IMG/VR virus record: IMGVR_UViG_3300032323_001214
Location: 1-64,000 of that record
Strand: one strand, 5' to 3'
DNA length: 64,000 nt
How positions within the stretch are numbered: position 1 is the stretch's first letter; each line of letters opens with the position of its first letter. The notes under the pieces were generated by a model. It did no database searches. It was not told the origin of the DNA and was given only the letters and a program-made list of their open reading frames with translations. Positions 15,774-26,512 of the stretch are shown in pieces. Position numbers and translations under genes: made by a program.

Positions 15774-15795
15774 GTGTTACTCTCCTTTACACTAT

Positions 15796-16332
15796 TTAGT
15801 AATTATTATTACTGTCTACAACAATCCAACCTAGTTTTAATAAATCATTGCGAATTTCATCAGTGACTACACTTTCAGGAACGTATCCGTTTGGAAATGC
15901 TATGTTCAGTTTAGGATCATATCCAGTGTCGTTTCTTATCCCAGAACAATACCAATCCATATAGTCCCCTTCCTCTAGCATATTAGCAACGATGCCACCT
16001 GCAGAACGCCAACTTGCACTCCAAGTTTTACCTTGTAATATTGGCCATGCTTCGTTTTTTGTAAAGTCATTGTTACAAATTGCCGCATACATATTTTGTG
16101 CGTATACATCACTTGCTTTTGCTTTATCACATATCCACTGAGTGGAACGTAGGTCATACTCCATATTATCTACTTTCCACTCATCAGTGGCTTCTAGTTC
16201 AGTACGTTGTTCTCTCATTGATTTAAACAAATCAATCATCTGTTCAGCTTCTTCTGTGGTTTTCTCACCTTCTTCAACTTTTTTAAGCATGTTGTTAAGT
16301 TGAAAAGTTCCGCGTTCAGGACTACTATTCAT
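15796..16332 (-). CDS. hypothetical phage protein
   Basis: 178-aa ORF within the operon; WR.AGG...YMDWYCSG motif. Confidence 0.7.
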   Translation of the reverse strand: MNSSPERGTFQLNNMLKKVEEGEKTTEEAEQMIDLFKSMREQRTELEATDEWKVDNMEYDLRSTQWICDKAKASDVYAQNMYAAICNNDFTKNEAWPILQGKTWSASWRSAGGIVANMLEEGDYMDWYCSGIRNDTGYDPKLNIAFPNGYVPESVVTDEIRNDLLKLGWIVVDSNNNY

Positions 16333-16798
16333 CTTCTACCTCTATCCAAGTGTGGTCACCTAACCATTTAACTCTTGCGATGTATTCATATTCTTCTGGC
16401 TTACCTGTACACCAATCATTTGGGCCATTGATACTCAATCTAGTAAACTGTTTTCTATGGTCGTATAACAACCAATATATTTGTCCATTGAATAATTGAA
16501 AGTCATACTTAGCGGCATGAACCATATCAGTCAAATCAAGTCTATGCTTAATCTGCTCTGCTTGCTTTTGTAAAACAGTTACTAGTTCCATGATTCTATC
16601 ATATTCCTGTTTTGCATGTAGTCGGGCAACATTAAGCATAATATCTTTATGCTTTTCTACGGGTACTAAATCAAATTTAGGCCCACTACTTTCTGTAGCG
16701 TATGGTGTTACATTGCGGTTGAAGAAATGAACTAACGATTCCGAACTAGTAGAATCATAGCTACTTCTACCATTAGCCGAGTTAAGCTTATCTTTCAT
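16325..16798 (-). CDS. hypothetical protein (DUF2452-like)
   Basis: Coiled coil followed by GQIYWL...SINGPNDW...DHTW pattern. Confidence 0.55.
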   Translation of the reverse strand: MKDKLNSANGRSSYDSTSSESLVHFFNRNVTPYATESSGPKFDLVPVEKHKDIMLNVARLHAKQEYDRIMELVTVLQKQAEQIKHRLDLTDMVHAAKYDFQLFNGQIYWLLYDHRKQFTRLSINGPNDWCTGKPEEYEYIARVKWLGDHTWIEVEDE

Positions 16799-17381
16799 TG
16801 TAATTAGCTTTTTGTTTCTTCTGCTTAGAATAAAATATGTGATTACCTATTTTCTTTACTTGCTGATAGGGCCACATGGGGTCTACATGTATGCTATGAA
16901 AAAACAACGCCGTTTTTGGAACAACATCTTTATAGCCATCATTAACCATAACTTCGTATGCTACTTGCTGTGCTTGTTTATACCTAACATTATTTTTATT
17001 AGGTTCAGTTTTACCTTCACATACCCAACTGAATTGACAAAGTTTTGAACGTTGCAGTACCCCATCATTATTTGTTTTTTCAAAATGAGTAGTTTGATAA
17101 ATTACGGCACAGGGTGTTTTTGCAAATCCATGTTGTACTCTATTAAGCACGACTCTGGCTACGGCTGCTTGTCCCACTACAGATTCTCCGCCTGCCTCAT
17201 AAAAAATATTTTTAGCTAGACATTTAAGTTGTTTAGGATCTACATTTTTGATTTCTTCATGTATTGCCGCAATTGCGGAAGGTTGGTTAATCTTATCAGT
17301 TGTTTCAACCAAAAATATTCCAAAGAATAGAATTGATGTGATGGTAAAGTATTTACCAAATTTTAAAAAATTTTCTTTCAT
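16788..17381 (-). CDS. SleB/Hydrolase_2-type cell wall hydrolase
   Basis: CLAKNIFYEAGGE...AVARVVLNRV...CQFSW...IGNHIFY; N-terminal signal/anchor. Confidence 0.92.
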   Translation of the reverse strand: MKENFLKFGKYFTITSILFFGIFLVETTDKINQPSAIAAIHEEIKNVDPKQLKCLAKNIFYEAGGESVVGQAAVARVVLNRVQHGFAKTPCAVIYQTTHFEKTNNDGVLQRSKLCQFSWVCEGKTEPNKNNVRYKQAQQVAYEVMVNDGYKDVVPKTALFFHSIHVDPMWPYQQVKKIGNHIFYSKQKKQKANYNER

Positions 17382-17418
17382 TACTTTCCTTTCACTTGAG
17401 TGAACAAGTTATTAGAGA

Positions 17419-19419
17419 TTACAAATCGTCCCAGCAATCACAATTGCATCGAATTACATCATCTATTGCTTCGTTAATTGAGTACACCGATGACAATACG
17501 TTATTAGAAAAATAAGGTGGGTTTAATTCTGGTGGAATAATAGTTCCAAAATCTCCTCCACCAAAGCTTCCCGGGAAGTCAGATTCGCCTGTATCAATTG
17601 GCGTTCCTGGTCCCGGGTTATCGGGAATGATAGGAGGGAATACAGGGAAATTAGGATCAACTGGATCAACGTCCGGCGGAGGTAATATAGGGCCACCATC
17701 GTCATCAATAACTGGTTGTATTCCGGGGTTAGTGACGATATACAAGTTAGTACCCGGATCATAATAACCGACTGGACTCGGGGCAAGTATAGCGCCGTCT
17801 GCACAGCGTACTTGCTCAAGTTTTGCAGGTATAGTACCGGGTAACAAACCGTTAGCAATCAATTGTTTATTTTCTTTTGACGTTATTGTGTCGGGTATGT
17901 TATTATCTAACGGAATGCCTATCGCTGTCAACTTGTTTTGGTTACGTGACTCACGCATCATGCCCACAAGACTTTGACCGCCACTAGTACATAAGTTTAC
18001 AATTGCTTCTAATGTTTGGGCAGTCATATGCGGCTTAGTATTAAGTGCAAATTGGGGGACTGCATCTGTGAATACTATTTGTGTAGTAGGGAATCTATTT
18101 AGATTATCATCTTTTGGTACGGGTAGGGGTGCTAATCCTATACTTCTAGCCCGTTGTTCTCTGGTCAATTGTTCACCAGTTCTGTCCCATAACTTGTTAA
18201 GTAAGAACGATTCCCTAGGTCTATTATTTCTTATTGCTAATATTTCTTCGTTAGCTTGATCGATATATGACTGCACCGGACTATTCATCCAAGGCCAGCC
18301 CGGTTCTCCACCTGTTCCTGATGGTCCAAAGAACGGATCTACATAAATGTCACCAACTGTGTTTTTACCAGCAGTCGATATTGCACCAGATGGAGATACT
18401 GGAAGAGTTTCTATGGGTGGGTGCTGAATTGATATCGTTTCCCGCGGCATGTTGGCTCTTACCCAATTAGCATCTTGTGGTGGATAGAAAGGACGAGTTT
18501 GATTAGGGTATATATTACCTGCAGACCAATTAGTTTGTACAGTATGCGCCCATAAATATGAGTTGCCGTTGTTTATTTCTGCACTTACTCTACCAAAAGA
18601 GCCGCCACCCATAGAAGCAGCCAGTTCATCATTTCTACCGGTATTTGCTGTTACTGACGCTCCTACATTATTAGGTGATATAGTTACAACAGGATTAGGA
18701 GCTGTGCCCCTACCATATCCACCACCATCTTCACCCAAACTTAACAATAGTGAATAATACCAATCATATTCTTCTGGTTCACCGGGGTCTACCCATATAA
18801 TAGGTGAATTAGTGGGCGCATATAAATATTCCTGCGGATTGTAGTCAGGTTCCTCAGGGTCGGGCTGGTAATCGGGGTTTGCAGTATTGGGACCTGGTGT
18901 TGGTGGAACATATGGTTTAGAAATAACATACCAATAAGGTTGAGCAATATCTATTCTTGCTTTTTCCCATGTTACTGCTAGAAACAACTGATTATATATA
19001 TTATGTAATTTTTGTGTTTGTATGTTACGGATTGCGTTATATGTTTCTCTCAATGGGTATGGCAATCCAGACATACATCCAAAAAAGTCTGATGTAGTAT
19101 ATTGCCCTCTAGGACCGCTACCCAATGCTATCAAGTTTAGTGCCTGATCCGCTTCTGATAATATAGCAGGTATATCAGAACCGTTAATATTAAGACCTTT
19201 AGTGGTCTCTATTGTCATAGCTGCCTGTGCTAATTTTTCAACCGGTACATTTGTGATGTTTCGTATTTGACTAATTGATGCACCAAATGCTCCGGCAGCT
19301 ACTGCAATATCAGGTGGCAGAATACCATCTAGATATGATCCAAAACCACCCTGAACAAGCTGAATATTAATTTCAGGTTGTGTTTCATTTGATGTGTTAC
19401 TTGTTAGTTCGCCTGCCAT
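17419..19419 (-). CDS. probable virion (baseplate/tail) protein
   Basis: 666 aa, Pro-rich linkers, C-terminal CNCDC; co-transcribed with PAAR. Confidence 0.55.
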   Translation of the reverse strand: MAGELTSNTSNETQPEINIQLVQGGFGSYLDGILPPDIAVAAGAFGASISQIRNITNVPVEKLAQAAMTIETTKGLNINGSDIPAILSEADQALNLIALGSGPRGQYTTSDFFGCMSGLPYPLRETYNAIRNIQTQKLHNIYNQLFLAVTWEKARIDIAQPYWYVISKPYVPPTPGPNTANPDYQPDPEEPDYNPQEYLYAPTNSPIIWVDPGEPEEYDWYYSLLLSLGEDGGGYGRGTAPNPVVTISPNNVGASVTANTGRNDELAASMGGGSFGRVSAEINNGNSYLWAHTVQTNWSAGNIYPNQTRPFYPPQDANWVRANMPRETISIQHPPIETLPVSPSGAISTAGKNTVGDIYVDPFFGPSGTGGEPGWPWMNSPVQSYIDQANEEILAIRNNRPRESFLLNKLWDRTGEQLTREQRARSIGLAPLPVPKDDNLNRFPTTQIVFTDAVPQFALNTKPHMTAQTLEAIVNLCTSGGQSLVGMMRESRNQNKLTAIGIPLDNNIPDTITSKENKQLIANGLLPGTIPAKLEQVRCADGAILAPSPVGYYDPGTNLYIVTNPGIQPVIDDDGGPILPPPDVDPVDPNFPVFPPIIPDNPGPGTPIDTGESDFPGSFGGGDFGTIIPPELNPPYFSNNVLSSVYSINEAIDDVIRCNCDCWDDL

Positions 19420-19431
19420 ATTTTTATTCTA

Positions 19432-21549
19432 TTAAGATTGTTCCCAAGGTCTTATCAAATCTGTGGGTGCTGCCACACCTTGTGATTGGAAAAGATCCTC
19501 TCTGCGGTCTGCACGTTGTATTTGTTCTACCGCTTGTTTTTGTATTCTAGGATCTTCGTATGGATTTGTGATCCCTTGTGCGGCCCAAGTTTCGGATATC
19601 GGTTTACCAGTTACAGGATTTATCTCACCTGCTTGCCAAGCAATAAATGCATCAGTTTCTTTTTTGGGTATCAATGATGGATCTCTACCGATGTAAGGTG
19701 TAGGTGTAGGATCTCCTGCTACAACACTTTGACTCCCTGCGGGACCGGCAACAAAGTTTACGTTGGTTGATTGCTGTGTTGCGGCAGGGGCGGTAGCAAG
19801 TGCAACACCAAAGTTTGGTGAGGGTTGTCCTGAAGGATATACCGGTAATACTCTATCTTGCACTGTAGGTGAAGTTAGTTGAGAGTTGACTGATGCGTTT
19901 GCTACTCCTTGACCATATATAAAATAATATACTTTGCTTGATGGATAAAGTCTTGTTGAGAAGTTATTATTTATGGTTGATGTGGTTAAATCTTTTACTT
20001 GTTTATTCAACACCTCAATCGTGTTGGCAAATAATGTCACCGCATCATTATCTGTACTGACTGCTAGTTGATTGTTCAATTCAGCTACTACTGTTAAAGC
20101 ATAACCTTGGAAGTTAGGATATAAGTTGTTATTAAAAGTAGAAGTAGTTGTCCTAGCAGTAGCAGTAATTATAGTAGACACCGTGTTGTCCGTGTTTCTA
20201 GTTGTTACTAAAGTATAGTATGGCACTGATAAGTCATTGCCACCATAGTATACATTTTGTGTATTGGTGACTGAAGTTATGCCTTGAGCGGCTTGACCTG
20301 TATTATATAAAGGAACAGTTAATGTCTGATACACTGCTGAACTAGTTGATGTAGCCCTAGTAGGGAACAATTTTTTAGGATTTAATAAATCAGCTAATGA
20401 TTCTAATCCTTCTGTTTTGCAATTCAGTGGTATCAATACTTCTGTTAAATCTTTTCCTAAAATAATAGTAAAGGCTTTATATATTTTTATTTGTTGCGCT
20501 TTTGTTATGTTATCAGTATTACCAAGTATAGATGCTAATTCAGATTGAGTCATGCCGGCAGCTAATAGTGCTAAACTAACAGCCGGTGTTAATGCATTGT
20601 TTTCTTGTAAAGTTTCTAATAAATTAGAAGGTAATCCAAACGTGTTAATCTTCTTTAGATTAATGGCTCTTCCTGTTTTAATTAAGTCTTGTCCAAAATT
20701 GAATGTGGCTAATGAGACCCCTGTTATGTCTGCACTAATTAAGTCATTCATGTTGCTATATGTGCCTTCTAAGAATGACTTAGAATTGTCAACTGAAGTT
20801 ATAGCACTATTAGTATAGTTTACAAACGAGTCTGCTTGTTGGAAGGATCCTAAGAAATCTTTATACTTAGGTTGACCTTCATTATAGTTAAACTCATCCC
20901 AGGCTTGTAACGCAATTAGTCTATTAAATCCCCATTGTGTTACTGCTTTGTTGCCACCATTGCTATACTTAGTACCGCCCCATGCAGTACCTATGCCATA
21001 AGGACCGGTTGTATCATTATTCCATGTAAACGCATATGTTCCACTATTACCTAATCCAGGTACTAGTGTTCCATATTTAATATTTCCACCAGTGACATTT
21101 CCCGGGTCGGCAACTGTCACAACTACAAATGATCCCGGCTTACTTGTACTAATCAACCATGTATCATTGTATCCCTCAACTGATGTACTTAATTGTACAT
21201 ATGTACCTGCAGGAAATTGGTTTATTACACTAGTGTCGTGATATACTGTAAAGTATGAGGGTGTTGATTCAATGTTTATAAAACCTATACTATTTGTTAA
21301 TCCACCTACAAAAATTATATTATTATATACGTCTCCGTTAACTTGCCCACGTAGACAAGCATCATTGATTGACCAAGTAATTAAACGTAGTACGGTGTTT
21401 TGTACGATTGATCCAAAAGAAAAATTAGAATAAGATTTGCTACTACCGGCAAAGTCTGTTACGATTGGATTGATGCCTAGTCCATTGTTTTGCAACAATG
21501 AACTCATGACGTTTACGCCCAGTGGGCTTTGCTTTCCTGTATCGCTCAT
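19432..21549 (-). CDS. probable virion (baseplate/tail) protein
   Basis: 705 aa, S/T/N/G-rich; downstream of PAAR. Confidence 0.55.
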   Translation of the reverse strand: MSDTGKQSPLGVNVMSSLLQNNGLGINPIVTDFAGSSKSYSNFSFGSIVQNTVLRLITWSINDACLRGQVNGDVYNNIIFVGGLTNSIGFINIESTPSYFTVYHDTSVINQFPAGTYVQLSTSVEGYNDTWLISTSKPGSFVVVTVADPGNVTGGNIKYGTLVPGLGNSGTYAFTWNNDTTGPYGIGTAWGGTKYSNGGNKAVTQWGFNRLIALQAWDEFNYNEGQPKYKDFLGSFQQADSFVNYTNSAITSVDNSKSFLEGTYSNMNDLISADITGVSLATFNFGQDLIKTGRAINLKKINTFGLPSNLLETLQENNALTPAVSLALLAAGMTQSELASILGNTDNITKAQQIKIYKAFTIILGKDLTEVLIPLNCKTEGLESLADLLNPKKLFPTRATSTSSAVYQTLTVPLYNTGQAAQGITSVTNTQNVYYGGNDLSVPYYTLVTTRNTDNTVSTIITATARTTTSTFNNNLYPNFQGYALTVVAELNNQLAVSTDNDAVTLFANTIEVLNKQVKDLTTSTINNNFSTRLYPSSKVYYFIYGQGVANASVNSQLTSPTVQDRVLPVYPSGQPSPNFGVALATAPAATQQSTNVNFVAGPAGSQSVVAGDPTPTPYIGRDPSLIPKKETDAFIAWQAGEINPVTGKPISETWAAQGITNPYEDPRIQKQAVEQIQRADRREDLFQSQGVAAPTDLIRPWEQS

Positions 21550-22232
21550 GGTTGTAGTTGCTCATTAATAATTTGTATAACATTAGATACCATATCCAAT
21601 GATAAAGTTTCTGTAAACCCGTCCGGGCATTGTTCTTTGGTTGCGTAACCTTCTTTAGTAAGAGTTTTTATTAAATTCTCTACTAATTTTGCTTCTTTAC
21701 CAGTAGCATAACATTTTGTTATTATTAATTCATACTTCCCGTTAGTCAATAAATGCCTGTACAATCTAGATTTTAAATTATTAGTTATACCAAATTTAAT
21801 AAAATTTTCAAATTTTAATACATATACCCAGCCCGGTAGTGTTTCTTTGTATCCATACTTAGCACACTTTGGACAGCCACTAATTCGCATTACACTGTCC
21901 GGGGTAGAACTCCAACGATGACCGTAATCACATTCAAATTGAGTTTTTGTATCCTGATTTATATAATCTCCAATCATATAAATATTACGAAAATTTATTC
22001 TATTATTTACAATTTCTTTTGTTAATTTAGAGTAAAGATGATGCCCTCCGTTTAGCTGAGAGTTACATGTGGGGCAACCTCTGAGTATGACATTATTAAC
22101 TCTAGCTGTCCAAGAATGTCCATTAATACATTTCATTAAACTCTTTTTATGCGTGCCATGGTACTCGCCGATAATATGAATATCTTTATCGTTTAATTTC
22201 TTATCAATGATATCTCTACTAATTCTAATCAT
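21546..22232 (-). CDS. putative homing endonuclease (Zn-ribbon repeats plus GIY-YIG-like domain)
   Basis: Two C..GH.W...GCP.C repeats; C-terminal VYVLK...KFGITN..R. Confidence 0.75.
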   Translation of the reverse strand: MIRISRDIIDKKLNDKDIHIIGEYHGTHKKSLMKCINGHSWTARVNNVILRGCPTCNSQLNGGHHLYSKLTKEIVNNRINFRNIYMIGDYINQDTKTQFECDYGHRWSSTPDSVMRISGCPKCAKYGYKETLPGWVYVLKFENFIKFGITNNLKSRLYRHLLTNGKYELIITKCYATGKEAKLVENLIKTLTKEGYATKEQCPDGFTETLSLDMVSNVIQIINEQLQP

Positions 22233-22513
22233 GGGACAAACACATCAGGACTACCTTGAACAATAGAATGTCCACATGTATTACCCGACCCTACTCTAAG
22301 TACCGGTACTCCCTCGCAGAATACAGTAGGACTACCACTGGTAGTTGAGGCAGCTTTGTGAGGAGGATGCGATTTTCTACCCCATGGCCCATGGGGTGTT
22401 AATTTACTAACATGCAGTCCTACTGGAATGCCGTTAGCGAAAACGGTTGAGGCGCCACGTATTATCTTGCCGCCTTCTTGATTCTCGTCACCTTTCCTAC
22501 TAAGCTTTGCCAT
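22229..22513 (-). CDS. PAAR-repeat spike tip protein (T4 gp5.4-like)
   Basis: GASTVFANGIP, GSPTVF, CGHSIVQGSPDVF. Confidence 0.9.
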   Translation of the reverse strand: MAKLSRKGDENQEGGKIIRGASTVFANGIPVGLHVSKLTPHGPWGRKSHPPHKAASTTSGSPTVFCEGVPVLRVGSGNTCGHSIVQGSPDVFVP

Positions 22514-22514
22514 T

Positions 22515-22820
22515 TTATCCCAATACGATTTTTTTATCTGGTACTTTAATACCAGTTGTTGCTTCTAAATACTTCATTCTAACACTATCGTCAGTTTCAG
22601 CATAAATTGCAATACTAGTAGTATTTAGCTTAAATTCACCCTTAGGATTTGCAGTAAAGATACTAGGAATCATTTGCATTCCCTGCTGTGTAGGTGCAAT
22701 AGAGACAGGTTCTTCAATAACAATGAAGTTTCCGCCTGCTTGTACGACTTTGGCTATTAATTCCTCGCCCGAGTTAAGCTTAAATGTGAATACTTTGTTT
22801 GGTTCTAGTGCTATTTGCAT
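22515..22820 (-). CDS. conserved T4-like phage protein (Sm-like fold)
   Basis: TFKLNSGEELIAK N-terminus; Y...TTGI C-terminus. Confidence 0.6.
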   Translation of the reverse strand: MQIALEPNKVFTFKLNSGEELIAKVVQAGGNFIVIEEPVSIAPTQQGMQMIPSIFTANPKGEFKLNTTSIAIYAETDDSVRMKYLEATTGIKVPDKKIVLG

Positions 22821-23050
22821 TAATTACTTTCTGTTAATTTTTGTTTAAGTTCAGTGAATCCACCGATTAGTACACCATCTAAAATGATTTGCGGTACTGT
22901 TCTTGCTGTTGGGATTGCTTCGAGCAATTCTTCTCTGGTATAACCATCTCCGATCTTGCGTTCTTCGAATTTAATACCTTTTTGTGTTAATAGTGCCTTT
23001 GCTTGGTCGCAATAGGGACAATGATACTTACTCCATACGATTGCTGTCAT
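22820..23050 (-). CDS. glutaredoxin
   Basis: CPYC, TVPQI, IGGF motifs; follows nrdB. Confidence 0.95.
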   Translation of the reverse strand: MTAIVWSKYHCPYCDQAKALLTQKGIKFEERKIGDGYTREELLEAIPTARTVPQIILDGVLIGGFTELKQKLTESN

Positions 23051-23061
23051 TTTATTTCCTT

Positions 23062-24174
23062 TTAAATATTTGGTAATTCTTCGTAATCCAATGATTCGGA
23101 CATAATTCCTATTACATAGTTAGTACTCTCTGTTTCTTGAAGGGCAGACTGCTTCTTACTAGTGTCAGAGTGCTTGTTAAACCACGGGATAGGTGTAGCT
23201 TTTGGTGATGGATTGTTATATCTAATCCCAATCTGTTTCAACGCATCGTGCGCTGTGTAGTCCACAAAGTCTTTCAATACTGTTGCGTTCAAGCCAATTA
23301 CAGGACCCATCTTAAACAGATAGTCTGCCCACTTTTTTTCTTCACGAATAACATCCAGATAAAGTTGATATACTTCTGCTTCGCATTCAATTTTAGCCTG
23401 TGCAAAGCGAGTATCTTCTTTGATTACTTGATTAATCAAATAAGCTGTCCAACCTTTATGTAACAATTCGTCTTGTAAAATCAAGCTGATGATATTGCCG
23501 TTGCCAATAAATATTTTGTTTTCAACCATTGCTAGACTTGTAGCAAATGATACCATAAAGCGGAATGCTTCTAATGCGTAACTGGCATTGAGTGCCATCC
23601 AAATTGCCCTTACGTGATCTCTTTCACTAACATGCCCTACTTCATCATTGCTTATTTCTTTGATACAATTTAGTTTATGCAAGTCATCGTAATACTTGCC
23701 TACACTAGACGCCATGCTGATAATTTCTTGCGTGTCGTGGATTGTGTTGAATACTTCCTTAGGTACGTTGTAGATGTTACGAATGATGTGGCTGTAGCTA
23801 CGACTATGAATATTAGTTTCAAAGAAACTCCAGTTATAAATCAATGCTTCTAGTTCAGGCAATGATACAACAGGAGAAAACACTTGGCTAGGTCCACGAC
23901 CTTGCAAGCTGTCTAATGCTGTTTGACGTAATAGGTTGCTAGTAAAGATATGTCTAACAGCATCGCTAGCTTCTTTGAAATCGTTGGCATCTTTAGTTAG
24001 ACTAACTTCTTCTGGTACCCAGAAGAAACCACGTGCGGTAGTTTCAAAGTCTGCAATCTTTTTATATTTTACCTCTTCAAATCTTTGAATGGTTACGGGA
24101 CCTTCCGGGTCCAAAAACATTTTTCTATTCAAATAATCTGTCTTTGTGTTTAAGTTATATTGTTGTTTTGACAT
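23062..24174 (-). CDS. nrdB: class Ia ribonucleotide reductase beta subunit
   Basis: FFWVPEE, QTALDSLQ, ETNIHSRSY, DELLH, C-terminal QETE..NY. Confidence 0.97.
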   Translation of the reverse strand: MSKQQYNLNTKTDYLNRKMFLDPEGPVTIQRFEEVKYKKIADFETTARGFFWVPEEVSLTKDANDFKEASDAVRHIFTSNLLRQTALDSLQGRGPSQVFSPVVSLPELEALIYNWSFFETNIHSRSYSHIIRNIYNVPKEVFNTIHDTQEIISMASSVGKYYDDLHKLNCIKEISNDEVGHVSERDHVRAIWMALNASYALEAFRFMVSFATSLAMVENKIFIGNGNIISLILQDELLHKGWTAYLINQVIKEDTRFAQAKIECEAEVYQLYLDVIREEKKWADYLFKMGPVIGLNATVLKDFVDYTAHDALKQIGIRYNNPSPKATPIPWFNKHSDTSKKQSALQETESTNYVIGIMSESLDYEELPNI

Positions 24175-24183
24175 TGTTTTTCC

Positions 24184-26502
24184 TTAAAGCTTACATGCTT
24201 GGCAATCTTCTTCATCTATATCGTTAAGTCCACTTGGTAACTCTAATACAGTTTCATCTTGACTCTTGCTACCTGCTTTGTTAATTAAGCTATAGTAGAA
24301 CGTCTTTAGGCCCCAGTAGTGTGCTTGCATTAAGTTTTTAGCAATCAATGTAGTTGGGACTTTACGATCCGCAAAATGTGCAGGATTATAAAATGTGTTA
24401 GTTGAGATACTTTGGTCAACATAAGCTGCAATAACTGCCGCAGTCTTTAAGTAACCGTCACAATCTTTTTGTTCCCACATCATTTGATATTTGTTCTTCA
24501 ACTTGTGATATTCGGGAACAACTTGTACAAATGAGCCTGCTTTACTTTCTTTAACTGAAATTAAACTCATTGGCATTTCAATACCATTTGTACTATTAAT
24601 AACTACACTACTTGATTCTACAGGAGCAACTGCCATTTGTGTAGCGTTACGGACACCATAACTGCGCATCATGGCACGTAGTCCTTCCCAGTTTAGTTCT
24701 GGTTCAAAGTTAGCCAATTCATTAACACCCTTAGCACGTAATTCCCAAGGAAATACTCCTTGTCCATAGCGTGTCTTATCACTGTGTTCACAACGACCAC
24801 GTTCTTGTGCTAGTTCAACGCTGGCTTCAGTTAGATAATACGATTGATACTCCATCCAAGTTTTAACTTCTTGCAATGCATCTTTCTCACCGTACTTTAA
24901 ACTACGCTTGGCATGCCAGTAAGCTAGGTTGGTGATGCCAATACCTAGAGGACGAATTTCATCATTGCTTAACTTGCTTTGAATACTCAAAAAGTCCTGG
25001 TAATCAAGTATATTGTTAAGACTGCGGTGCAGAATACGGCAAGCCCTACGCATGTCTTCTGGGTTCCGGAACGCTCCCCAGTTGATAGATCCCAGTGTAC
25101 ATAACGCTATGCGTCCATCCTCGTCGTCTAATCTCTTAAATGAACGGGTGGGTAGTAGGATCTCGCAACACAAATTACTCTGGTAAATGGTGTGATACTC
25201 AGGATCAAATGGACCTTGATTCATCACATTGTCAATGAACACTAGATAGATGCGACCAGTGTCTGTACGTTCTTTTAAGATTCCGCTCTTGAATACTTCT
25301 TCGGCGCTCATGGACTTCTTACGCAAGCCCTTTTGTTTTTCATATTTTACATATAGTTCTTCAAACTTTTCAGTATTTGAATAGAACGATTCATATAAGT
25401 CAGGTACTTCGTTGGGATCAAAGAACGTTATGTTTTCTTTGTTTTTGAATCGTCTCCAGAAGAAAGCACTAAGCACAACCCCATAATCCATATGACGGAC
25501 TCGGGTTTCTTCTGTTCCTTGATTGTTCTTGAGCACAATAAGATCATCAAACTGATGATGCCAAATAGGATAAAAAACTGTAGCACTTGCATTACGAATA
25601 CCTCCTTGACTGCAACTTCTTAGGTCACCGAACCACTTCTTCAAGAACGGTATCATACCAGTGTGCATAATTTCGCCACCACGAATAGGACTACCTAGTG
25701 GGCGCAATCTGCCAATCTCTAACCCAATGCCAGCACGTTTGCTAGCATACTTTGCCATCATTTCACCGCTAGCAAATATTGAGTCCAAATCATCATCACT
25801 ACGAATGAGAACGCATGAACTAAACTGCTTGGTTGGAGTACCGAGACCAGCAAGCACAGGGGTGGCAAGAGTAAAGAGACCGTCTGACGCCGCATTATAG
25901 TATTCTTTAATATAACGCATACGTGCCGCATTTGGTTCTTCTTTGTGAAAGACAGTTGCCGCGGCAACCATGTAGCGAATTTGAGGAGTTTCATAAATTT
26001 CTTTTGTTGAACGATTCTTTACTAGATACTTTTCAATCAGTTGTTCAATGGCGGCATAACTATATTGCTCGTCTTTAGAATGATCCAGCATGTCATTCAT
26101 CTTGTTCCAGTCTTCTTCAGTGTACCATTCTAATAGTTCGCTAGTGTATAATCCTACTTCTACGTTCTTTTTTACAATATCATAAAGGTGTGGAACTTCA
26201 TATGAGCCGTATACATCTTTACGCAACATTGATACACGTTGCTTACCTGCTACATATTGATAGTTAGTGTGACCTACGTCACTGTTATTTTCCACATCTA
26301 TAAGGTCTACTATGGCTCGCAATGTAATTTCATCAATTTGTTTAGTTGTAATACCATCGTAAAAATGCAATTGCGATTTAATCTCAATCATCGATGGACT
26401 AACATCCGCTATTCCCGTACAAATTTTTGCCACTTGTGTTTGCCATTTTTCTAAATCTAATGGCTCTTTCTTACCGCTTCTTTTGGTAACATTAATAATC
26501 AT
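24184..26502 (-). CDS. nrdA: class Ia ribonucleotide reductase alpha subunit
   Basis: ATP cone (VTKRSG), FSSC, SNLCCE, KTFYY, C-terminal CQAC; no intein seen. Confidence 0.97.
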   Translation of the reverse strand: MIINVTKRSGKKEPLDLEKWQTQVAKICTGIADVSPSMIEIKSQLHFYDGITTKQIDEITLRAIVDLIDVENNSDVGHTNYQYVAGKQRVSMLRKDVYGSYEVPHLYDIVKKNVEVGLYTSELLEWYTEEDWNKMNDMLDHSKDEQYSYAAIEQLIEKYLVKNRSTKEIYETPQIRYMVAAATVFHKEEPNAARMRYIKEYYNAASDGLFTLATPVLAGLGTPTKQFSSCVLIRSDDDLDSIFASGEMMAKYASKRAGIGLEIGRLRPLGSPIRGGEIMHTGMIPFLKKWFGDLRSCSQGGIRNASATVFYPIWHHQFDDLIVLKNNQGTEETRVRHMDYGVVLSAFFWRRFKNKENITFFDPNEVPDLYESFYSNTEKFEELYVKYEKQKGLRKKSMSAEEVFKSGILKERTDTGRIYLVFIDNVMNQGPFDPEYHTIYQSNLCCEILLPTRSFKRLDDEDGRIALCTLGSINWGAFRNPEDMRRACRILHRSLNNILDYQDFLSIQSKLSNDEIRPLGIGITNLAYWHAKRSLKYGEKDALQEVKTWMEYQSYYLTEASVELAQERGRCEHSDKTRYGQGVFPWELRAKGVNELANFEPELNWEGLRAMMRSYGVRNATQMAVAPVESSSVVINSTNGIEMPMSLISVKESKAGSFVQVVPEYHKLKNKYQMMWEQKDCDGYLKTAAVIAAYVDQSISTNTFYNPAHFADRKVPTTLIAKNLMQAHYWGLKTFYYSLINKAGSKSQDETVLELPSGLNDIDEEDCQACKL

Positions 26503-26512
26503 TCTTCACCTG